Shown: positions 8,792-16,169, numbered from the stretch's first letter. The stretch is 25,379 nt of DNA from Candidatus Micrarchaeota archaeon (GCA_043810635.1 JBDRNY010000057.1:1-25379); one strand, 5' to 3'. The notes: a model not told the origin generated them from the letters alone. Made by a program: numbers and translations.

Positions 8792-9694
8792 TTATTTTAA
8801 TTCTAGTTTCATTCCGTCATAGGCTACTTCAGTATTTTTAAATATTTTTTTTGCCTGCTCGAGGAGTATTTTGGAATCTTTTGAGTATCTTCCCGAGAGA
8901 TGGAAGAGGAGAAGTTTTTTTGCATTTGCTTTTTTTGCGCATTTTGCCCCGTCAGAAGGGGTGGAATGATATTTTTCTTTTGCAAGCAAATGCTTTTCAT
9001 CGTCTAAAGTGCAGTCGTGGATGAGCAAATCTGAATTTTTTGCCGCATTTGTAATAGTTTTGCTGTACATAGTATCTCCGCTGTATGTGATTTTTTTGCC
9101 TTTTTGCAAATAAGTGACATCTTTTAATTTGATTGTTTTTTTGTTTATTTTTAATTTTCCCTCTTTTTGTATTTTGGAAAAAAGAGGGCCGTGTATTCCG
9201 AAATATTTCGCCTTTTCTTCATAAAAGCGATATTTGTCTTTTTCTTTTATTGCAAAGCCGAATGCGTTCATTCTTTTTCCGTGTGAAACTAGAAAACAAA
9301 ACACTTCGTGGTTGTGGAGGGAGAAAATGGGTTTTGTTTTAGAGCAGTTTTTTTTGGAGATTTCGTGTATGTTGAATAAATCACGGTGGCCGAAGGAGTA
9401 AAGGACGCGGGCAGTGCCTGGGGGGCCGAATATTTGTATTGGAGTGGTGCGGCCTGAAAGGCGGAGGGTTTCGCCCAAGCCAAAAATGCCGAGGAAATGG
9501 TCGAGGTGGAGGTGGGAAATGAAAATTGCCTTTACCTTTGCATAGCTGACGCCGTGCTTCATCATCTGCCTTTGGGTGCCTTCCCCGCAATCTAATAATA
9601 AAACATCCCCGTTTATTTGCACAGCTATGGAAGGAAGGTTTCTTTCTTTTGTGGGCGCAGAGCCGCTGGAGCCGAGTATTGTGATGTTTAACAT
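8792..9694 (-). CDS. rnz: Ribonuclease Z (tRNase Z short form)
   Basis: LGSSGSAP, LLDCGEG, SHLHLDH, GP flexible arm, YSGDT, HDCT, HST, HLSGRY. Confidence 0.96.
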   Translation of the reverse strand: MLNITILGSSGSAPTKERNLPSIAVQINGDVLLLDCGEGTQRQMMKHGVSYAKVKAIFISHLHLDHFLGIFGLGETLRLSGRTTPIQIFGPPGTARVLYSFGHRDLFNIHEISKKNCSKTKPIFSLHNHEVFCFLVSHGKRMNAFGFAIKEKDKYRFYEEKAKYFGIHGPLFSKIQKEGKLKINKKTIKLKDVTYLQKGKKITYSGDTMYSKTITNAAKNSDLLIHDCTLDDEKHLLAKEKYHSTPSDGAKCAKKANAKKLLLFHLSGRYSKDSKILLEQAKKIFKNTEVAYDGMKLELK

Positions 9695-9777
9695 AAATAG
9701 AAATATGGGTGATGGGGTTAAAAAAATAGTTTATGGGGCAAAATGCCCCAAAACAAAAAACAATTTATTAAAAAGCT

Positions 9778-9993
9778 CTACGCATTTTTGAGCTTGGCTT
9801 CATAAACATAGCCGTCTTTGCCGACATAGTACATGTAGCCTTTTCTTTTTTGTATTTTTTCCTCGCCGATGCGCTTCTTTTTGCCTCTCTTGTTGTGCTT
9901 CATTGGAGCACGCCATACGTGGCCGTCTTTACCTACATAGTACAGATAGCCGTCTTCTCGTTTAATCTTTTCTGTTCCAACTTTTCTTCCCAT
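9778..9993 (-). CDS. Small basic CC1-like chromatin/nucleic-acid-binding protein with two tandem repeats, 71 aa
   Basis: Repeats KIKREDGYLYYVGKDGHVWRAPMK and KIQKRKGYMYYVGKDGYVYEAKLK resemble the CC1 family pattern as recalled (GYLYF/YVxKDG). Strong GGAGGTG RBS. Confidence 0.7.
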   Translation of the reverse strand: MGRKVGTEKIKREDGYLYYVGKDGHVWRAPMKHNKRGKKKRIGEEKIQKRKGYMYYVGKDGYVYEAKLKNA

Positions 9994-9999
9994 TCGGAA

Positions 10000-10040
10000 C
10001 ACCTCCACTACGACGGGAATACGACGATAGAATTTATAAA
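10000..10040 (-). promoter_or_regulatory. TATA box (TTTATAAA, 10033-10040) and RBS (GGAGGTG, 10000-10006) of the CC1-like gene
   Basis: Consensus archaeal TATA box and Shine-Dalgarno sequence at plausible spacing from ATG 9993. Confidence 0.65.
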
Positions 10041-10111
10041 CCTATCCTCGAGGTGAAATCGAGGGGAGTGGAGGCTGACGATAGAATGGTGTGGGGTTAG
10101 GGGGAAATAAG

Positions 10112-11368
10112 TTAATTTTTGGATTTTTTTGAAATTTTTCGTTTTTTGCTTGTTTTGGTTTTGGAATTGTTTTTTACGGAATTAGGGGAAACTCCGAGGA
10201 TGGCTGCAAGCTCGCCTTCATCAAACCTGTAAAAAGAGCGTATTGTTTCCCAATATTCTTCTTGCGGCTTGAGAAGGGATGCCTGAAGCTGAATTAGGGG
10301 GATGAAACAGCGGGCGGTGCGGGTGGTTGTGTGGGTGACGGGGGCGATTTTTTTTGCTGCTTCTTTATATATTGCGCGCCTTGATTTTGAAGTGCCCATT
10401 TTTCTGATATAAGAGGGAAATCCGTAGGGGATAAACATTGCGCGGACATGCTTTCTTTCTGAAGAGATGCCCCATACAAGAAGGTTGGAAGAATAGCGCA
10501 AATAGCCCCAATACTGCCTCCGCCTCACCCTGCCGTCAAATATATCTGAGCGGGAGAGGCGGTTGTACCCTCTTGCCAAATCATCAGGATTGGAAAGCTC
10601 GGCGGGCATGTTTTCTGAAACAAAAAGCTTGAGAGTGCCTCTTTGCATAAGAGGGCCCAAATCTGTGCCAAATGTGGATTGGTAATTGGGGGAGCGGAAG
10701 CATGCGCGGACGGTTTCAAAATGCTTTTTTGCCTGCTCCCGGAATGCTTCTGAATTATATGCCTGCAAATCATTTATTGCCGCGCGCAAATCCCCTTTTG
10801 AATTTGAGGCTATTTTTTTCAGCTGCTCGCTTGTTAGATTTAATTTTTCTTTTTTGCATATTATTGAAATAGTGTATAAAATGTCTGAATTGTTTATTGC
10901 TTTTAATTGCAACGGCTCGCAATAGGAGCGGAGAGAGGAAATGCTTCGGTCATACATGTCCTGGGCTGTGAGCATGAAAGGTTTTTTGCAATTTTTTATA
11001 AGGGAGGTTAATTTTGGAATAATGCCCCGGATTTTAGTTAAATGCCACTGGTCAATGTCTTCAACAACTATTAGTGAGGAAGTGGAAAAAAGAGAGGTGC
11101 CGGCAATAAGCTCGCTTGCCTGCTTTTCCCATCTTACAAAATTGTTTTTGCCTGGGGGGTGGAGGGGAAGCAAATTCCATTCAAGCTCTGTTGCAAGTGC
11201 GTGTGCAATGGCTGTTTTGCCGCATCCGGGAGGGCCGTATAATAGGAGGGGCTTGGTGGGTTTGTTTAATCCGTATTGGAGCGCCCATTGCTTTATTCTG
11301 AATTTGGCATCTTTATTGCCGGAGACGCCAGATAGGCTTTTTGGAGCATATTTTTCTGTAAGAAGCAT
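10112..11368 (-). CDS. rfcL: Replication factor C large subunit (divergent), 418 aa
   Basis: EKYAPKSL, Walker A GPPGCGKT, LRSYC, GDLRAAINDLQ, ENMP, LSRSDIFDGRVRRRQYWGYLRY. Start reassigned to ATG 11368. Confidence 0.88.
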   Translation of the reverse strand: MLLTEKYAPKSLSGVSGNKDAKFRIKQWALQYGLNKPTKPLLLYGPPGCGKTAIAHALATELEWNLLPLHPPGKNNFVRWEKQASELIAGTSLFSTSSLIVVEDIDQWHLTKIRGIIPKLTSLIKNCKKPFMLTAQDMYDRSISSLRSYCEPLQLKAINNSDILYTISIICKKEKLNLTSEQLKKIASNSKGDLRAAINDLQAYNSEAFREQAKKHFETVRACFRSPNYQSTFGTDLGPLMQRGTLKLFVSENMPAELSNPDDLARGYNRLSRSDIFDGRVRRRQYWGYLRYSSNLLVWGISSERKHVRAMFIPYGFPSYIRKMGTSKSRRAIYKEAAKKIAPVTHTTTRTARCFIPLIQLQASLLKPQEEYWETIRSFYRFDEGELAAILGVSPNSVKNNSKTKTSKKRKISKKSKN

Positions 11369-11431
11369 GGCATAATATTGTGCATCAAGCTTTAAACTTG
11401 TTTTTGAGAAATAGGATGGGAGAGAATATTT

Positions 11432-12586
11432 ATGTTTTTTGGAATTGTCGGCGCGCCAAATAAGGGGAAGAGCAGGTTTTTTTCTGCAATTACCGGCAAT
11501 GAAGTGGGGGTTGCGGATTATCCGTTTACAACAATTGACCCGAATAAAGGAGTGGCATTTTTGAGGGTGGAATGCGCATGCAAAAAATTGGGCGTAAAGT
11601 GTGATGCGCGGGGAGGGCATTGCAAAAACAAAATGAGGGAAATTCCAGTGCAATTTTTGGATGTTGCAGGGCTGGTGCCGGGTGCGCATAAGGGAAAAGG
11701 GTTGGGAAACCAGTTTTTGGATGATTTGAGGGAAGCAGACGGGTTTGTGCATCTAATTGATGCGAGCGGAAAAACTGATTTGGAAGGAAAGGCAGCAGAG
11801 GATTTTCCTATAGAAGAGGAAATTGGATTTTTGAAAAAAGAAATGATAATGTGGATTTTGAAAATTTTGAAAAGAAATGGGGCAAAATTCAAGGGAAAAA
11901 CTGTTGAAGAGATGGGGGAGGCGCTGTCCGGACTGGGGTATGATAAGAAAGTATTGGAAGAGGCGGTGGAAAAGGCAGGAATGGATAAAAAAAGAATTGA
12001 TATTGACGGGGGAAGGCTTGAAGCGCTTGCTTGTGAGCTGTATAAAAACGGAAAGCCGATGGTTGTTGCGGCAAATAAGGCGGATTTGGAAGGAGTGGTG
12101 GAAAGGATAGAGAAGGCGGGGCTGGGGAAAGATGTTGTGCCTTGCTCTGCAGAATATGAATATTTGCTTACGAAAGCAAGGAAAAATGGATTGGTAGATT
12201 ATGTGCCGGGAGCGGGAGAGTTTAAAGTAAGGGGGGGAGCGGATGAAAAGCAAAAGGCTGCGCTTGAAAAAGTGAAAAAATTTATTGAAAAAAATAAAGG
12301 CACGGGAGTGTATAGGGTTTTGGAAAAACTGGTTTTTGAAAAAATTAAGATGATTGTTGTTTATCCTGTGGAAGATGAAAATAAATATTCAGATAGTATG
12401 GGGAATGTGCTTCCGGACGCGTTGCTGATGCCGAAGGGGGCGGCAGTTATTGATTTGGCCAGAAAGGTGCATACAGAATTGGCAGATAAATTTATCGGGG
12501 CAATTGATGCCCGAACAAAAAGAAAGATTTCAAAAACACAGGAGCTGAAAGATGGGGATATAATTAAAATAATCTCCGGAAGATAG
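11432..12586 (+). CDS. ychF: Archaeal YchF/Obg-family NTPase with TGS domain
   Basis: GIVGAPNKGKS, YPFTTIDPN, CxC..C..C insert, DVAGLVPGAH, NKAD, VYPVEDE, LPDA, TGS ending LKDGDIIKI. Confidence 0.93.
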   Translation: MFFGIVGAPNKGKSRFFSAITGNEVGVADYPFTTIDPNKGVAFLRVECACKKLGVKCDARGGHCKNKMREIPVQFLDVAGLVPGAHKGKGLGNQFLDDLREADGFVHLIDASGKTDLEGKAAEDFPIEEEIGFLKKEMIMWILKILKRNGAKFKGKTVEEMGEALSGLGYDKKVLEEAVEKAGMDKKRIDIDGGRLEALACELYKNGKPMVVAANKADLEGVVERIEKAGLGKDVVPCSAEYEYLLTKARKNGLVDYVPGAGEFKVRGGADEKQKAALEKVKKFIEKNKGTGVYRVLEKLVFEKIKMIVVYPVEDENKYSDSMGNVLPDALLMPKGAAVIDLARKVHTELADKFIGAIDARTKRKISKTQELKDGDIIKIISGR

Positions 12587-12589
12587 ATA

Positions 12590-13699
12590 ATGGAAGAGGT
12601 TGAATTTATGGAAGAAAAAAAAAGCAAGGGGAGCAGTATAGTGATGCTTGGTATTATTGTTTTGTTGGGGATAATGATTATTGGGGCGGGGTATTACTGG
12701 ATGGGCCAGCCAAAGGAAGAAGTGCCTGAAGAGGAAGAGAAGCCTGATTTGCTGGAGCAGGCGGGAGCGGTTGTGATGCTTGAAGCTCATGAAAAAAGAA
12801 AAAATATCGGGGAGGAATATAGTATTGTATATGACGAGAAATTGATGAATGGAAATGAGGGAAGGATAAGGCTGGAAAGCAGGGAAGATGAGAAATATTT
12901 TGCAATAGAGCAATTGTTTAGCAAGCGCGAGGTTTATTGGGGGGAGGGAAAAACAATAATGTGTGAAAATGATATTAATGGGAATAAGAAATGCGCGGAA
13001 ATTGGGGAAAACGGCTCTTTGAAAAATTATACTGTTGGTATTTTAGAAATATTTTTGGGTGTTGATGATGAAATCAATGAAAGAAATAAGGAGATGATAA
13101 ATTCTGGGATGATAAAATTTATCGGGGGGCCGGAGGAAAAAGAAGTTGGGGGAAGGGTGTGCACAGGAATAATGTATCAGGTTGGGGATTTTGAGGTTAA
13201 GAGGTGTTATGATGATGAATTTGGGATTATTTTGAAGAGAGAAGAGTATCCGATAAATGATCCTGGAACGCAATATTTGGCAGAATATGAAAAATTTGAA
13301 GTTGGCGGGCTGGAAGATATTGCGAAATTGGAAGCAGATGTAAGTATTGGGGCGCTTGGGGCGCTTTTAATAGAAATGGATGAAATAGAAGCGCAGATAG
13401 TCGAATGTAAAATGAGCGGGGGGGAGGATAGCATTAACCAGTGTGTAATGGTTGCTGCAATAGATGGAAACAGTATTGAGATTTGCAGGGCGGCAACAAA
13501 TGAAAGCGGCAAGGAAGAGTGTGTTATGAAATATGCATTAAGAAAAGAAGAGGGCTTGTTGTGCGGTAAAGCAGGGACATTAAGTGATGAATGCTATCTT
13601 AATTTTGCATATATTGGCAAGGATACAAGTTATTGTACCTTGATTACAAGCAAAGAAGTGAGAGATGAGTGTGAGAAGGCGGTTGAGGGGGGAACTTAG
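12590..13699 (+). CDS. Membrane-anchored surface protein with C-terminal Cys-rich helical repeats
   Basis: N-terminal TM IVMLGIIVLLGIMIIGAGYYW; repeats such as CVMVAAIDGNSIEIC, CVMKYALRKEEGLLC, CYLNFAYIGKDTSYC. Confidence 0.8.
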   Translation: MEEVEFMEEKKSKGSSIVMLGIIVLLGIMIIGAGYYWMGQPKEEVPEEEEKPDLLEQAGAVVMLEAHEKRKNIGEEYSIVYDEKLMNGNEGRIRLESREDEKYFAIEQLFSKREVYWGEGKTIMCENDINGNKKCAEIGENGSLKNYTVGILEIFLGVDDEINERNKEMINSGMIKFIGGPEEKEVGGRVCTGIMYQVGDFEVKRCYDDEFGIILKREEYPINDPGTQYLAEYEKFEVGGLEDIAKLEADVSIGALGALLIEMDEIEAQIVECKMSGGEDSINQCVMVAAIDGNSIEICRAATNESGKEECVMKYALRKEEGLLCGKAGTLSDECYLNFAYIGKDTSYCTLITSKEVRDECEKAVEGGT

Positions 13700-13738
13700 T
13701 TTTTTATTTTCTTTTAAACAAGAATAATAGCCTTAAAA

Positions 13739-13832
13739 GGGCTCGTAGCTCAGCATGGCCAGAGCGGTTGGCTCTTAAATTTCAAAATTTGGAGAAACCA
13801 ATAGGTCGTGGGTTCAAATCCCACCGGGCCCA
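13739..13832 (+). tRNA. tRNA-Lys(CTT) with 19-nt intron at 37/38 (13778-13796)
   Basis: Acceptor GGGCTCG/CGGGCCC, D-stem GCTC/GAGC, anticodon stem GTTGG/CCAAT, anticodon CTT at 13774-13776, T-arm GTGGG-TTCAAAT-CCCAC; TTTTAAA upstream and T6 tract downstream. Confidence 0.95.
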
Positions 13833-13844
13833 TTTTTTCGAAAT

Positions 13845-13968
13845 CGGGGCGCCTTGTCCACTATGGCAAGCTAAGGCCCAGAACGAAGCGAGGGGGGTAT
13901 GACGGTGCTTACACCAACTATACCCACTAGATCCATTTTACAAAGTAAAGTGGGTGCCTTGCCTTTTT
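13845..13968 (+). ncRNA. Candidate structured RNA element of unknown family
   Basis: GC-rich intergenic island with three hairpins and long-range pairing, ending in T5. G-U pairs favour the + strand. Confidence 0.4.
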
Positions 13969-14014
13969 GGGCAAGTTGAAGCCTGAGTTGTTTAGATTAT
14001 TTAGAGGGGAGAGC

Positions 14015-14506
14015 ATGGATATTTGGGTTTTAAGATATGGGCATAGGAAGGTTAGAGATAATCGGGCCAGTGCCCATGTTGCACTTGTTGCCAGGGCATT
14101 TGGGGCAAAAGGAATTATTTTTTCAGGGGAAAAAGATGAGGAATTGGTTGGTAGGATAAAGAAGGTGGTGAGAGAGTGGGGCGGGGAATTTGAAGTGGGG
14201 TATGAAGAGGACTGGAAAAAGATAATGACAAGATTTAGGCAGGAGGGGGCTTGTTTTGTGCATTTGATAATGTATGGGGTGCCTATAGAGCAGGAAATAA
14301 GGAAAATAAGGGGGAAAGGAAAGAAGTGTTTGGTACTTGTTGGCTCGCAAAAAGTTAGGCCGGAAGTGTATAAAATGGCTGATTTTAATATTTCAATAAC
14401 AAACCAACCCCATTCTGAAATTGCTGCCCTTGCAATTTTTTTGGACAGATGTTATGAGGGGAAGGAATTGAAAAAAGCAGGAGTGGGGAGAGTGTGTGGG
14501 AGTTAA
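14015..14506 (+). CDS. trm56: tRNA (cytidine56-2'-O)-methyltransferase (SPOUT family)
   Basis: VLRYGHR..RD.R..HVALVARAFGA, VHLIMYG, VGSQKV, ADFNISITNQPHSEIAALAIFLDR. ATG 14015 follows a G-rich RBS. Confidence 0.95.
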   Translation: MDIWVLRYGHRKVRDNRASAHVALVARAFGAKGIIFSGEKDEELVGRIKKVVREWGGEFEVGYEEDWKKIMTRFRQEGACFVHLIMYGVPIEQEIRKIRGKGKKCLVLVGSQKVRPEVYKMADFNISITNQPHSEIAALAIFLDRCYEGKELKKAGVGRVCGS

Positions 14507-14594
14507 ACAGGGGAAAAGGGAGTAGAAGTTAGAGGGGGGAGTTGGGCGGGGGCAGGTATAATAATCCCAATAAACATAATTAGAAGTAGATTTT

Positions 14595-15296
14595 ATGAAA
14601 AAAAAGAAAAACAAGAAAAAGGCAGGGCAGAAAAAAAGCCCGGGGAAGGCGAGGAAAACTACCAGTAAACGTGAGAGGAGTGTGAAAAAGAGGAAGAAGG
14701 CGAGTAAAAGTAAGGGGAGTGTGAAAATACAGCAGAAGGAGTGGAAGGGAATAAACAAACCTGAGAAAGTCAAAAAAAAGAAACAAGAAGGATTGATTAA
14801 AAAACAAAGAAAACGAGAGAGGATGAATGATATTTGGGTAAATTTGCTTCTTAGGGATCCGAGAGTTAGGAAATGGCTTGTTCAGATGGTGGGGGAGTAT
14901 TCGATTCATGTTATACAAGAGTTTAACCAAGAGATGTCTGATGAGGAACTTGCAAAAAAATCAAATATTCGAGCTAGTGATGTAAGGGTTGTGCTTAATA
15001 GGCTGCATTCATCTGGGTTGGCTTCATATTCTAGGAGTAGGGACAGAAATAGTGGGTGGTATTCATATATTTGGAGGTTGGATAATAAGCATGCTAAAGA
15101 GCTTGCAGATGGGGTTGGAGAGATTATAAATGAGAAAGAGATGGGAGGTGTGGGTGAGGAAGCAGAATATTATTATTGCCCAAAAGAAGGAGTTGAGACA
15201 AGGGTGAGGTTTGAAGTTGCTTTGGAACAAAAGTTTAAGTGTATAAGTTGTGGGGGACCATTAAAATATCTTGAGCAAAAGAAAAAGCAGGGCTAA
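14595..15296 (+). CDS. tfe: Transcription factor E (TFE alpha) with a possible Lys-rich N-terminal extension
   Basis: wHTH SDEELAKK...DVRVVLNRLHSSGLASY.R.RD..SGWYSYIW; zinc ribbon YYCP...FKCISCGGPL. Alternative start at 14823. Confidence 0.9.
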   Translation: MKKKKNKKKAGQKKSPGKARKTTSKRERSVKKRKKASKSKGSVKIQQKEWKGINKPEKVKKKKQEGLIKKQRKRERMNDIWVNLLLRDPRVRKWLVQMVGEYSIHVIQEFNQEMSDEELAKKSNIRASDVRVVLNRLHSSGLASYSRSRDRNSGWYSYIWRLDNKHAKELADGVGEIINEKEMGGVGEEAEYYYCPKEGVETRVRFEVALEQKFKCISCGGPLKYLEQKKKQG

Positions 15297-15322
15297 TAAA
15301 TCTTATTTGTAAAATAGATAGC

Positions 15323-15419
15323 AGTGGGATAGGGTAGTTTGGAGTACCCGCTGGGCTCATAATCTTATCCATTAGGATGAGAAACCCAGAGATCAGTGGT
15401 TCAAATCCACTTCCCACTA
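15323..15419 (+). tRNA. Initiator tRNA-Met(CAT) with 22-nt intron at 37/38 (15362-15383)
   Basis: A1-U72 pair (AGTGGGA/TCCCACT), G11-C24, three G-C pairs in the anticodon stem (CTGGG/CCCAG), CAT at 15358-15360, BHB with CTCA/TGAG central helix. Confidence 0.95.
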
Positions 15420-15587
15420 TACTTTTTTTACTACAACATAAAATCTAAACATACGCCCCTTAGACTTCCACTATTCAAGTTGGGAAAGAAAAGTTGGGGG
15501 GTTTTGGGGTTAACGAGAAGGAGAGTTGGGAAAAGACCATAATAAACAAAAAAAGAAAACAGAAAAGTAATAGTTTTATATTGTATA

Positions 15588-15603
15588 TGTAACTATAGTT
15601 ACA
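15588..15603. promoter_or_regulatory. Perfect 16-bp palindrome TGTAACTATAGTTACA (putative protein-binding site)
   Basis: Equals its own reverse complement; lies between TTTTATA (15574-15580) and ATG 15606. Confidence 0.7.
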
Positions 15604-15605
15604 AT

Positions 15606-15842
15606 ATGATACTATATTGCTTCGATTTAAAATCTAAGGATTTAGAGAGCTACAATACTCTCAAACGCCGCTTTTATTATCATTTATCAAAACTTACAAA
15701 AACCAACTTTCTTTGGAATACCAAATCTGTTCTTACAATTAACAATTCTCAGGAAGCAGAATTTGATTTGTTTTTTTCTAAATTTAAAAACAACATCCTT
15801 CTTTTCAAAGCCCATGTTTCTGAGATAGAACAAGTCTATTAG
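15606..15842 (+). CDS. Small Cas2/VapD-like (ferredoxin-fold) protein, 78 aa
   Basis: First strand ILYCFDL ends in Asp, followed by a basic helix (LKRRFYYHL) and KSVL, paralleling Cas2 (hhhYDh...QxSVF). TATA upstream. Confidence 0.55.
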   Translation: MILYCFDLKSKDLESYNTLKRRFYYHLSKLTKTNFLWNTKSVLTINNSQEAEFDLFFSKFKNNILLFKAHVSEIEQVY

Positions 15843-15911
15843 CCCAACCCAGCATCAATTTAACAAAAAAGAAAAAATAGTGGAATAATGGGGCCCCAAA
15901 CCCATTTTCTT

Positions 15912-16169
15912 TTAACTTACCGAGCCACCAAATCCAGTCCTTCCTACTACAACAACATCTTCAATATTTTTCACAGAATTATACAAAACACTTCTTTCTC
16001 TTAACACCCTCTTTGCCTCATCCCTTGAAATATTGGATAATGGCTCCATAACAAGCCTGATTATTTTTCCTTGTTCCAAATCTATTAATACATCCTGCAC
16101 CCGGCCCAAAAATTTTCCAGCGTCAGTATATATATCCATTCCATATACTCTTGAAATTTTCATACCCAT
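15912..16169 (-). CDS. PRC-barrel domain protein (possible CdpB-type cell-division protein)
   Basis: ISRVYGMDIYTDAGKFLGRVQDVLIDLEQGKI...SVKNIEDVVVV; GGTGA RBS before ATG 16169. Confidence 0.88.
   Translation of the reverse strand: MGMKISRVYGMDIYTDAGKFLGRVQDVLIDLEQGKIIRLVMEPLSNISRDEAKRVLRERSVLYNSVKNIEDVVVVGRTGFGGSVS

Larger units (their letters stand above)
15466..15885. repeat. 10-bp perfect inverted repeat pair (TTCCACTATT 15466-15475 / AATAGTGGAA 15876-15885), each with an outer G4 string
   Basis: Read directly: CCCC at 15456-15459 and GGGG at 15890-15893 flank the two arms. Confidence 0.55.

Noticed and set aside
11369..11752. 128-aa N-terminal extension of RFC-L in the ORF track
   Set aside because: Antisense to ychF; RFC similarity begins at MLLTEKY (11368).
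13820..13885. tRNA-associated HDV-like (theta) ribozyme suggested by a hairpin followed by CTAA-GGCCC
   Set aside because: No consistent P1, P3/L3 or P1.1 GG could be built, and the tRNA is followed by a T-tract.
13870..13895. SRP RNA helix 8 look-alike (AAGG-CCC-AGAA-CGA-AGC)
   Set aside because: The stem around the tetraloop does not pair and the region is far shorter than archaeal SRP RNA.
15420..15910. CRISPR array or integrated element next to the Cas2-like gene and tRNA
   Set aside because: No regularly spaced repeats, cas1, integrase, transposase or target-site duplication.
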